Virus record (IMG/VR): IMGVR_UViG_3300018839_000003 | Coordinates: 1-39,289 of that record | Source of the DNA: a virus | Length of the DNA: 39,289 bases | Direction: 5' to 3' (one strand) | Shown here: positions 25,521-32,176 of the stretch, one piece after another | Layout of the letters: every line of letters begins with the position of its first letter | Numbering within the stretch: the first letter of the stretch is position 1 | Made by a program: the position numbers and the translations under genes | Notes under the pieces: model-generated | What the model saw: only the letters and a program-made list of their open reading frames with translations | What the model was told of the DNA's origin: nothing | Databases searched by the model: none

Positions 25521-26363
25521 TCACATTTTTCTAAAGTCTTCACCGATCATTTTTAAAACACGGGCGTTCATCATGACCCGACTAAAATTCCGTTTGCCGA
25601 TCTTCATTTCTAACCCAACGGGCGATTGTTTAAAGTCTTTTTCCGCGGGGATGGTAGGGTCTAAATTCGTCGTGAAAATCGTGCTTTTCCCTTGCCGAGA
25701 GTCAATAATGTTGAAAATCTGACCGGAAGCCCAATCCGTTGTGTTTTCGGCCCCTATGTCATCTAAAACCAAACAATCAGCCTTTTCTAACGCCCGGAAG
25801 AGATCGCCTTCCGAAATTTCTGAATCTCTCTGATACGTGTCTTTAAAAGCCTGCAGCAGTTTCGGAACAGATACGAATATCCCTGTATGCCCTTTCTGTA
25901 TAAGCCTTTTAACAACAGACACCGCTAAATGGCTTTTCCCTGTGCCGTAAGAGCCATACAAAATCAAGCTTTTTGGTTCTTCCAGCGAAAACAAATCAAT
26001 ATATTCACTTGCGATTTGATGCGCTCTTTGTTGAAAAGGCTCGCTAATCGTGTAAGTATCAAGCGTGCATCTTTTCAAGTTGTCATTGATGAAAGAGTGA
26101 TCCATAAAATAGCTTTTTAACCTCTCAAATTCCGCTTTTTTCTTGGCTTCCTCGTTCCGCTTTTGGATTTCTGCAGCAAGATTCCGGTCTTCCTCTTCCT
26201 TTTTGCAGGCCCAACACTCATCAAAGATCATTTCCTTGCCGGCGATCGTCTTTTTAATAACTTGAAACGTCTTTCCGCACTTCTCGCACGTTTTTCCCCC
26301 AAGGGTTTCGGCTCTCAAAGCTGTAGCGTTCCCCTTCGTCAATAGTCCGTTCAGCGATTGCAA
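25521..26363 (-). CDS. DnaC/IstB-like AAA+ helicase loader with an N-terminal zinc finger
   Basis: Walker A GSYGTGKS and Walker B LVLDDIG. CEKCG...CWAC motif. A GGGGGGAG RBS precedes the TTG at 26363. Confidence 0.8.
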   Translation of the reverse strand: MQSLNGLLTKGNATALRAETLGGKTCEKCGKTFQVIKKTIAGKEMIFDECWACKKEEEDRNLAAEIQKRNEEAKKKAEFERLKSYFMDHSFINDNLKRCTLDTYTISEPFQQRAHQIASEYIDLFSLEEPKSLILYGSYGTGKSHLAVSVVKRLIQKGHTGIFVSVPKLLQAFKDTYQRDSEISEGDLFRALEKADCLVLDDIGAENTTDWASGQIFNIIDSRQGKSTIFTTNLDPTIPAEKDFKQSPVGLEMKIGKRNFSRVMMNARVLKMIGEDFRKM

Positions 26364-27111
26364 CAGGTCTCCCCCCTCTGTTATCGTCGTTCATTTCTAT
26401 CACTAATCGGTCGTACTGTTTACGCAGCTTGTCGGGGCTGAGTATGTTCTTATACCAAAAATGATGATTGGTAGACCATTTGATTAAATTTTGAATCTCT
26501 TTTCCTTCACGGCCGTCCCGTTCCATCATCAACCTAAAAGTATTGGCCCATTTCTCCAAGTTTGGTTTTTTCGCGCTCGGGTTGTGCCCTTGGATAAACT
26601 TCCAAAGCAGCGCAGCCAGTTTCATATGTTTTTCATCAAAATCCAAACGTTTAGTATTATTATTTTTCTTGCATTCTTGCATTCTTGCATTCTTGTTTTT
26701 GTTCTGGGTTCGTTCCGGGTTCGTTCTTACTTCGTTCCGGGTTCCGTTCGTAGTTTCTTCTGCCAAGTCCTTAAAATCCTGATATTCCGCATAGTTCAGA
26801 ACCGTAAAGAGTGTTCCTAGTTCCGTTTCGTGTATTGACACCCTTCCAGACTCAATCAATTTGTGAACGCTGCGTTTGATTGTGCTTAAAGAATATTGTT
26901 TTGTGCCGCGTCCCTCTTTGTATGCAAGGTCTTCCGCTAATTTTCTGTAAGACCTGATCCATTGGCCTTTTTTCAATTCGACGCCGTTCACTTTTACGCC
27001 GTCTTGATGACTCGCCTTGCCGATGATGAGAATGAAAAGCCGGAAGGTTACGGCATCACACCATAAATCAGAATCATATATTTCTCTGTGAAGCTTTACC
27101 CATCCGGCCAT
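26254..27111 (-). CDS. Phage replisome organizer / DnaD-like replication initiation protein
   Basis: 285 aa. The winged-helix-like N-terminus MAGWVKLHREIYDSDLW... is typical. Iterons lie in the linker-coding part. Confidence 0.7.
   Translation of the reverse strand: MAGWVKLHREIYDSDLWCDAVTFRLFILIIGKASHQDGVKVNGVELKKGQWIRSYRKLAEDLAYKEGRGTKQYSLSTIKRSVHKLIESGRVSIHETELGTLFTVLNYAEYQDFKDLAEETTNGTRNEVRTNPERTQNKNKNARMQECKKNNNTKRLDFDEKHMKLAALLWKFIQGHNPSAKKPNLEKWANTFRLMMERDGREGKEIQNLIKWSTNHHFWYKNILSPDKLRKQYDRLVIEMNDDNRGGRPVAIAERTIDEGERYSFESRNPWGKNVREVRKDVSSY
26666..26750. repeat. Iteron cluster inside the organizer gene (candidate lytic origin)
   Basis: TTCTTGCA three times in tandem plus a partial copy (26666-26696). 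Four 11-mers GGGTTCGTTCC-like (26706-26750). AT-rich tract at 26653-26667. Confidence 0.55.
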
Positions 27112-27133
27112 ATTTCATCATCCTTTCGTGTTC

Positions 27134-27955
27134 TTATCCAGCCGCCGGCGCTTCGATAATATCCGGCGATTCTTCAAAATCGTAAATCGGTTTTGGTTCT
27201 TCCTTGAAACTTGAATGCACCGTTTCGTCTCTTGTGATCTGGTTTTGAATTTCGACGCTTATCGGCATGTATTTGACAAGCTGTTTGATAACCGTCTTTT
27301 TTGCCATTGATTCATAATGATCAACCCAAGGGCCAAAGTGCTTCCCATCCTTTTGCGATTTGCTGAATTTATCGCGAATCTGATCAATTTGATCAACGCT
27401 CATGACTGTGAAGGCGTGGCCGCCATCTTTGAATCGGGCATAAGCATAGAAACATTTGAGTTTGCCGCGATCTGCGTCCATCGTCGGCTTATGATATAAC
27501 TTTTCGTTTATCCCGTATTCAAAATCAAACTCATCATTTTCATAGACTTCATTTGCCACAATACTTGTCACTTGGCCTGACCTTCTGACTAATTCAATCA
27601 GGCCCTTATATCCGATCTGTAATTGAACTTCTTTAACTCTCTTGCTCTTGTTGTAAAAAGGCACGAGATATGCCGATCCAAGCGCATCCGGTTCTAATCC
27701 GACTTGTGCCGCTTGCATAACTGCTCCAAGTAAAGACTCGGGCGTGCATTCTTTAAGCATTGGATTCTTTCTGAACTCCGTAACCGCTAAACGAATCAAT
27801 CTGTCGGCGTCCAAGTGTTTAGGCAAAGCCATTTCAAAGGCCGCTTTACGTTCCATCATTACATCAAGAATTGTTCTTGGTTTATCATCTTGAGCAACCT
27901 CGTTTTTTTGCTCCTGCTTCGCTATGTCATTTTTTAATTTCTCTGCTTGTGTCAT
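27134..27955 (-). CDS. recT: RecT-family single-strand annealing recombinase
   Basis: 273 aa. The block ...LLGAVMQAAQVGLEP...YLVPF...GYKGLIEL... is typical of RecT. Confidence 0.85.
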   Translation of the reverse strand: MTQAEKLKNDIAKQEQKNEVAQDDKPRTILDVMMERKAAFEMALPKHLDADRLIRLAVTEFRKNPMLKECTPESLLGAVMQAAQVGLEPDALGSAYLVPFYNKSKRVKEVQLQIGYKGLIELVRRSGQVTSIVANEVYENDEFDFEYGINEKLYHKPTMDADRGKLKCFYAYARFKDGGHAFTVMSVDQIDQIRDKFSKSQKDGKHFGPWVDHYESMAKKTVIKQLVKYMPISVEIQNQITRDETVHSSFKEEPKPIYDFEESPDIIEAPAAG

Positions 27956-27972
27956 GCCATCTTCCCCTTTCG

Positions 27973-28911
27973 TTACCTAATTGAAAATCTTGAACCGTTA
28001 CCCTCTTTCACATACTGCCTGTAGATGTCAGGGTGCTCTCTCTTGAATTTTTCTTTGTCAAAGCGTTCTACTGGGAACCTCGACCAAGTGATTTTTTTGT
28101 CAGCGACAAAACCATGTTTTCTTTCGCCGAGAATTCCCTTTATCTCGTTTTCAATGGCCTGCTTCCGCTCTGTCAGTTCGTTGATCTTTTCTTTCGTCTG
28201 TTCGTATTCTTCGATCTTTTTATCAAAGTAGCCCGGCAAATCAATTGAATCTTCGATCTGCTCCGGGTACATGGCATCAAGTAAATCCTTTGATGATTTC
28301 GACCCGTCAAACGGCGGAGGAACCCTTTTCGAAACTTGTTCATTCCAGAAATAGGCGGCCTTTTCTTCCATGATCCGTATCAATTCATCGTCGCGCTCAA
28401 TCTCATGGAATCGCCAAGGGTTCACAACGTCACCTAATATAAGGGCAGCCAAATGCCATTTCTTGAACCCGGTTACGCTCATGTACCATTGGCATTGAAC
28501 AAAATACGCATCTGGCACGCTGTCTGCCGTCCATTCATCACGCTTGTAAACCGTCGTCGTCTTGCACTCAAGACCTTCCTTCCGGCCCACAATTAGGCGG
28601 TCAACATTTGCCAAAAAATACGGGTATTTCTCATGTTGTAAAATCGCGTTCCGTTTCTGCACTTTCAGCCCTTTTCTTCTGCTGAACTCTTGAGCAACAA
28701 TGTCCTCTAACAGATTGCCGAGTCTTGCCGCCTCGCTTTCGCTATCTTCCAAAGGACTTTCGCCGATCTTTTCCATGTATAATTGAATGGGACTTTTCCA
28801 CTTGTTAAGGCCGAGGATGGCAGAAACATCGCTCCCACCAATCCCTTTCCGCCGGGCTTCTAACCATGCTTGACGCTCCATTCCTTCTGTCGATATAAGG
28901 ACTTTCGCCAT
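27973..28911 (-). CDS. YqaJ-like viral exonuclease
   Basis: Track ORF 27973..28938. An AGAAGGTG RBS precedes the ATG at 28911 (MAKVLIST...). GGSDVSAILGLNKWKSP motif. Confidence 0.8.
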   Translation of the reverse strand: MAKVLISTEGMERQAWLEARRKGIGGSDVSAILGLNKWKSPIQLYMEKIGESPLEDSESEAARLGNLLEDIVAQEFSRRKGLKVQKRNAILQHEKYPYFLANVDRLIVGRKEGLECKTTTVYKRDEWTADSVPDAYFVQCQWYMSVTGFKKWHLAALILGDVVNPWRFHEIERDDELIRIMEEKAAYFWNEQVSKRVPPPFDGSKSSKDLLDAMYPEQIEDSIDLPGYFDKKIEEYEQTKEKINELTERKQAIENEIKGILGERKHGFVADKKITWSRFPVERFDKEKFKREHPDIYRQYVKEGNGSRFSIR

Positions 28912-28927
28912 TTCCGCACCTTCTTTA

Positions 28928-28956
28928 TTGATTTTCATTCGGAAGGCTGATATAAT
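28928..28956 (+). promoter_or_regulatory. Near-consensus sigma-A promoter on the plus strand (TTGATT-17-TATAAT)
   Basis: TTGATT at 28928-28933, a 17-nt spacer, and TATAAT at 28951-28956. Confidence 0.6.
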
Positions 28957-28962
28957 TCTTAG

Positions 28963-29058
28963 TTAGATACTTAGTTCAACCTTCCATATAGACCGCAAGC
29001 GCTGGCACGCTTAACGGTCAAATTTTCAAATCTTACTATGGATTAGTAAGGTTTTTTT
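28963..29058 (+). ncRNA. Candidate small RNA of about 95 nt, antisense to the early-operon intergenic spacer
   Basis: Starts after the consensus promoter. Ends at CTTACTA-tggat-TAGTAAG followed by G and seven T (29032-29058). No ORF with an RBS inside. Confidence 0.5.
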
Positions 29059-29248
29059 ATTGCTCATAATCCGCAATTTTTTTGAAATACTCCTTCATGC
29101 AAATGTAATCATCGTGAACTAACTCACCTTCGTTATCAAAATGATCTTCGCCTTTCAATATCAGGCTTCCGCATCCTTCGCATGCCCCAATGAAATCAGG
29201 CGCCGGAACTCTTTCGTCGAACCGTGCCATTGTGATAAGTCTGCTCAT
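29057..29248 (-). CDS. Hypothetical protein with a CEGCG motif
   Basis: Track ORF of 63 aa. Its ATG overlaps the upstream stop. Confidence 0.6.
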   Translation of the reverse strand: MSRLITMARFDERVPAPDFIGACEGCGSLILKGEDHFDNEGELVHDDYICMKEYFKKIADYEQ

Positions 29249-29421
29249 ACTCTTGCAATCCTTTCGGCGTTTAATGCCAAGTATTTTTCGTACTGCGCTT
29301 TTGTTTGAAACACGAAAACTGGTTTCCCGTTCTTCTCAAGGCCAATATGTCCTCCAGACTCCCCGAGTCTCCATTGATCGAATTTGTTTCGGCTGTAAGC
29401 TTCCTTTCTGTAGGCCCTCAT
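29245..29421 (-). CDS. Hypothetical 58-aa protein (MRAYRKEAYSRNKFDQWRLGESGGHIGLEKNGKPVFVFQTK...)
   Basis: Hand-translated. AAGGGTG RBS. ATGA overlaps on both sides. Confidence 0.5.
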   Translation of the reverse strand: MRAYRKEAYSRNKFDQWRLGESGGHIGLEKNGKPVFVFQTKAQYEKYLALNAERIARV

Positions 29422-29534
29422 TTTGATTCACCCTTTCGATTTTTTCTTTTCCATTGCCTGAAAGCTGTGTTTTCCAGAATCCAAAATCTTTCCTCGCCAG
29501 TGTGCGCCAGCCATTCAGAAGTTTTAACCTTCAT
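29418..29534 (-). CDS. Hypothetical 38-aa protein (MKVKTSEWLAHTGEERFWILENTAFRQWKRKNRKGESK)
   Basis: Hand-translated. GAAGGGGGA RBS 5 nt upstream. Confidence 0.4.
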   Translation of the reverse strand: MKVKTSEWLAHTGEERFWILENTAFRQWKRKNRKGESK

Positions 29535-29565
29535 CTTTTCCCCCTTCTGAGAACTTTTTTTATTT

Positions 29566-29802
29566 TCAAGCCTCTAAAGTTAGCTTTTCGCGAACTTCAT
29601 CGGCAAAAAAAACAGATACATCAATGCCTAACGTTTGGGATATTCTATAAGCAGCTTTTCCCCCGGGATCTTTTACACCTTGTTCTATCTCACAGTAGTA
29701 AGAAGGTGAAAGCCCGACCACTTTAGAAAATTCGTGAAGAGTTTTGTATCCTGCTGCTTTTCTTTTCTCGATCAACCATGTTCGCTTTTTGCGATTTTTC
29801 AA
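29566..29802 (-). CDS. Cro-like XRE-family HTH regulator, first early gene
   Basis: 78 aa, TTG start after GGGGGTGA. The HTH is ...TLHEFSKVVGLSPSYYCEIEQG.... Divergent from cI. Confidence 0.8.
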   Translation of the reverse strand: MKNRKKRTWLIEKRKAAGYKTLHEFSKVVGLSPSYYCEIEQGVKDPGGKAAYRISQTLGIDVSVFFADEVREKLTLEA

Positions 29803-29835
29803 TTTCTTTCACCCCCGTTTCTTGCTGTTGATTTA

Positions 29836-29864
29836 ATTATATTCGCTTATTGCGAACTTATCAA
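29836..29864 (-). promoter_or_regulatory. Early lytic promoter (TTGATA-17-TATAAT) with palindrome TTCGCTTATTGCGAA in the spacer
   Basis: On the minus strand, -35 at 29864-29859 and -10 at 29841-29836. Palindrome at 29842-29856. Confidence 0.65.
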
Positions 29865-29958
29865 CCCTTTTTTTCGAAAAAAGTTGTTTTTTTGAGAACT
29901 TTTTTTGTTTATAGTGAAACCCTTCGAGAACTTCAAACGTAATAATGTATCGATTCGT

Positions 29959-29987
29959 TTTCATTTCGCGTAAATTAACGATATAAT
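29959..29987 (+). promoter_or_regulatory. Putative cI maintenance promoter (weak -35 TTTCAT, -10 TATAAT)
   Basis: TATAAT at 29982-29987, about 38 nt upstream of the cI ATG. A TTCGC half-site lies in the spacer. Confidence 0.45.
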
Positions 29988-30025
29988 ACACAGTATGCAA
30001 ACTTTTTGAAAGGGGAATATTAAAA

Positions 30026-30406
30026 ATGTATGGAGAGCGCTTATATCTTTTAAGAAAAGCGAATAGATATACAATGGAGCAAGTAGGGGAAAAGCTAGGG
30101 ATTGCGAAAAGCTCATACGCTGCATATGAGAAGGAAAGTCGGTTCCCTGGATTGGTGAAACTTCAAAAGCTGGCGTTGATTTACGATGTATCAACAGACT
30201 ATATTCTTGGTTTAACCGACGATCCAAGCCCTAAAGCTGACAAAAACAACATTAGAGAAATCCTAGAAAAAGAAAATTTACACTGGGATGGCCGGCCATT
30301 AACAGAAGAAGAATTAGAACCACTCAGAAAATTATTAGAAATGGCCGTGCGGGATAGAATGCCAGATCATACAAAACTTAATAATAAAAGCAAAGCCCGC
30401 GAATAA
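30026..30406 (+). CDS. CI-like XRE-family repressor with no peptidase / autocleavage domain
   Basis: 126 aa. N-terminal HTH (YTMEQVGEKLGIAKSSYAAYEKE). AAAGGGG RBS. Followed by a terminator. Divergent from the Cro-like gene. Confidence 0.8.
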   Translation: MYGERLYLLRKANRYTMEQVGEKLGIAKSSYAAYEKESRFPGLVKLQKLALIYDVSTDYILGLTDDPSPKADKNNIREILEKENLHWDGRPLTEEELEPLRKLLEMAVRDRMPDHTKLNNKSKARE

Positions 30407-30422
30407 AATACGGGCTTTTTTT
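30394..30422 (+). terminator. Intrinsic terminator of cI
   Basis: AGCCCG-cgaataaaata-CGGGCT followed by TTTTTTTG, overlapping the stop codon. Confidence 0.7.
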
Positions 30423-30425
30423 GTT

Positions 30426-30611
30426 TTATGGACAATATTTTTTCGCTTCGGATTCTGTCACTAAACCTAAATCCGAAATAAGCCCGACTATTGCCGAGGC
30501 GTTAGCGATTTGACGAGTATCAATATGGTGTTCGCCCCCATGCCTCATCAAAAGTAAAATCCACTCTTTGATCTCTCGTTCTTTTCCCCATTCGGTGCTA
30601 TTTTCTTCCAC
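30426..30611 (-). CDS. Small 61-aa protein under a LexA box; candidate SOS-induced antirepressor
   Basis: Track ORF, GTG start with an AGGGGGG RBS 9 nt upstream. The promoter carries a Cheo box. Confidence 0.55.
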   Translation of the reverse strand: MEENSTEWGKEREIKEWILLLMRHGGEHHIDTRQIANASAIVGLISDLGLVTESEAKKYCP

Positions 30612-30629
30612 TGTCTAACGCCCCCCTAT

Positions 30630-30643
30630 CGAACATCTGTTCT
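30630..30643. promoter_or_regulatory. LexA (Cheo) box CGAACATCTGTTCT
   Basis: Perfect GAAC-N4-GTTC core with a 5' C. Lies 3 nt downstream of the extended -10 TGGTACAAT (minus strand, 30655-30647). It is the only such box I found in the window. Confidence 0.7.
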
Positions 30644-30655
30644 ATTATTGTACCA

Positions 30656-30681
30656 TAAAAACAAGCATCTGAAATGCTTGC
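30656..30681 (-). terminator. Hairpin with U-tract just upstream of the LexA-controlled promoter
   Basis: Minus strand CAAGCAT-ttcag-ATGCTTG followed by TTTTTAT. Confidence 0.5.
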
Positions 30682-30730
30682 TATAAAATTATACACGAAC
30701 CAAAATTTTATTTACGAAGAAATTTTATAG

Positions 30731-30759
30731 AAAAAAGGGCGGCGAAAACTGCCGCCCTT
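30731..30759 (-). terminator. Strong intrinsic terminator closing the par operon
   Basis: Minus strand AAGGGCGGC-agttttc-GCCGCCCTT followed by TTTTTC. Confidence 0.75.
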
Positions 30760-30985
30760 TCCATTCAACCAAAATCGAATTTTCCACTCCCCATGGTAAT
30801 CCCCTTCCCGAGAAAAAAACAAAGATATCTTAAAAATGTAAGTAAGGTGTACTAGGTCATGATAACTAAGATACGACCGCAAAAAAGATTTTGCGACCCT
30901 CCTTTGTTATCATTTGATATATCCAAAGTATACTATATGAGAACAAAATTGACAATAATCAAATCAAAAAAAGGCAAAAAGCCTT

Positions 30986-31306
30986 CTAAAAATCTTCTTT
31001 TAGCAAACCTCGTTCTCTTAATGCCTGTTTCACAACCTCGTTTACAAATTTGCTTTGCACCTTCTTTTTGCTTAGGTCTTTTAGCGCTTCCGCGACTTCC
31101 GGATCAAAATAAATTCCGACTTGAACATATTTCGGCTTGTCTATGTTATCAATAATGTTATCAATAACATTATCATTATTGTTAACATGATTGTTAATGT
31201 TATTATTATCATTATTGTTAACGTCCGGGAATGCGCTTGTAAATGCTGCAGCGGCGCTCTTTTTTGGACGTATGGCGTTTTTGATATCGTTCTTGCTATT
31301 CGACAC
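30986..31306 (-). CDS. Ribbon-helix-helix (ParG/CopG-like) centromere-binding protein with an Asn/Asp-rich N-terminal tract
   Basis: 106 aa. The C-terminal KYVQVGIYFDPEVAEALKDLSKKKVQSKFVNEVVKQALRERG fits a beta-alpha-alpha fold. Overlaps the parA stop. Confidence 0.6.
   Translation of the reverse strand: MSNSKNDIKNAIRPKKSAAAAFTSAFPDVNNNDNNNINNHVNNNDNVIDNIIDNIDKPKYVQVGIYFDPEVAEALKDLSKKKVQSKFVNEVVKQALRERGLLKEDF
31143..31221. repeat. Array of (G/A)TTA(A/T)(T/C)-type hexamers inside the RHH gene
   Basis: ATGTTATCAATA twice; TTATCATTATTGTTAAC twice. The 21-mer AACATGATTGTTAATGTTATT is identical to one at about 32108-32128. Confidence 0.7.
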
Positions 31307-32081
31307 GTCGCTTCAACTCCTTCACAAATGGGACATAATGCTCCAAGGCGTTTTCTAGTTCTTTATTGTTCTCGAATCCATATAGAGGCAGGCGCCGGGT
31401 GGCTGCTTTTCTTTTAATGATCGTTGAAAACCGTTTGCCTGCGTATTCCTCGTCGATTGTTTCAATCATCGGTTCATTTTCCTTTGCTCTTGCGTCTATA
31501 ATCGCAAACAAAATGCCAGCAAAATCAAGATTCGGATTATATTTTTCTCGTGCCACGTCCATAATGTCTATAAATTTTTGGATTGCATAGTAAGAAAACA
31601 TCGATCCGTCGAAAGTTATGACAGCAAAGGAGCCGGCCGGAGAATAAGCGCTGACGCTCAAAACCGTCTGTTCCCCTAAACTCGGCGGCGTGTCTATGAT
31701 GATAAAATCATAGTTTTCCAGAACGGGATTTAATGCTTTTGTGAGAGCATCCATGCTGCGCTTTTCTTGATACATGATTCTCGGCAACGTTGCAAGAAAA
31801 TCATTAGACGGCAGCAGATCGAGATTTTCTGACACCCGTATTATGTACGGTCGCGCATCTTCGGCCCGAATGGCCTCTAAAACGGTTCTTTCTTCAAACG
31901 CATTGCAGATGTCATATTCTCCCGTGAGAAAAGACGTTAAATTCCCCTGTCCGTCCATGTCTACACACAATACCTTTTTTTCTTGGCTCAAGAGCCACGC
32001 TGTAATACCACTTGTCGTGGATTTAGAACATCCGCCTTTCGAAATGCCAAACGTGATAATTTTTGCAGTCAAATCGATCAC
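31296..32081 (-). CDS. parA: ParA-type partition ATPase (deviant Walker A)
   Basis: 261 aa. KGGCSKST Walker A and IIIDTPP. The start may be the TTG at 32072. Confidence 0.85.
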   Translation of the reverse strand: MIDLTAKIITFGISKGGCSKSTTSGITAWLLSQEKKVLCVDMDGQGNLTSFLTGEYDICNAFEERTVLEAIRAEDARPYIIRVSENLDLLPSNDFLATLPRIMYQEKRSMDALTKALNPVLENYDFIIIDTPPSLGEQTVLSVSAYSPAGSFAVITFDGSMFSYYAIQKFIDIMDVAREKYNPNLDFAGILFAIIDARAKENEPMIETIDEEYAGKRFSTIIKRKAATRRLPLYGFENNKELENALEHYVPFVKELKRRVE

Positions 32082-32087
32082 CCCTTA

Positions 32088-32146
32088 ATCATGTTAATGT
32101 TAATAATAACATGATTGTTAATGTTATTGTTAATATGATCATTAAT
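32088..32146. repeat. GTTAAT hexamer array upstream of parA (candidate centromere / par operator)
   Basis: catGTTAATGTTAATaataacatgattGTTAATGTTATTGTTAATatgatcATTAAT. Shares an exact 21-mer with 31143-31221. Confidence 0.65.
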
Positions 32147-32170
32147 AAAAAAGCGCCCATCTACGGGCGC
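32146..32170 (-). terminator. Intrinsic terminator after rep
   Basis: Minus strand GCGCCC-gtagat-GGGCGC followed by TTTTTTAT. Confidence 0.75.
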
Positions 32171-32176
32171 CGTTCC

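Noticed and set aside
29961-30227. Track ORF 29961..30227 (minus strand) and ORF 36974..37189 (minus strand)
   Set aside because: They lie antisense to the well-supported cI and rap genes and their promoters. They lack an RBS and have hydrophobic low-complexity translations typical of shadow ORFs.
30763-30985. A dif/Xer-type dimer resolution site or attP in the 220-nt non-coding stretch downstream of the par operon
   Set aside because: Only a 6-nt ATGTAA match to the XerD arm of Bacillus dif was found, with no matching left arm or spacer. There is no adjacent recombinase.
31143-32146. The short-repeat arrays as a CRISPR locus
   Set aside because: The repeats are 6-21 nt, degenerate and contiguous, with no spacers. 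One array is coding. They fit partition-site iterons.
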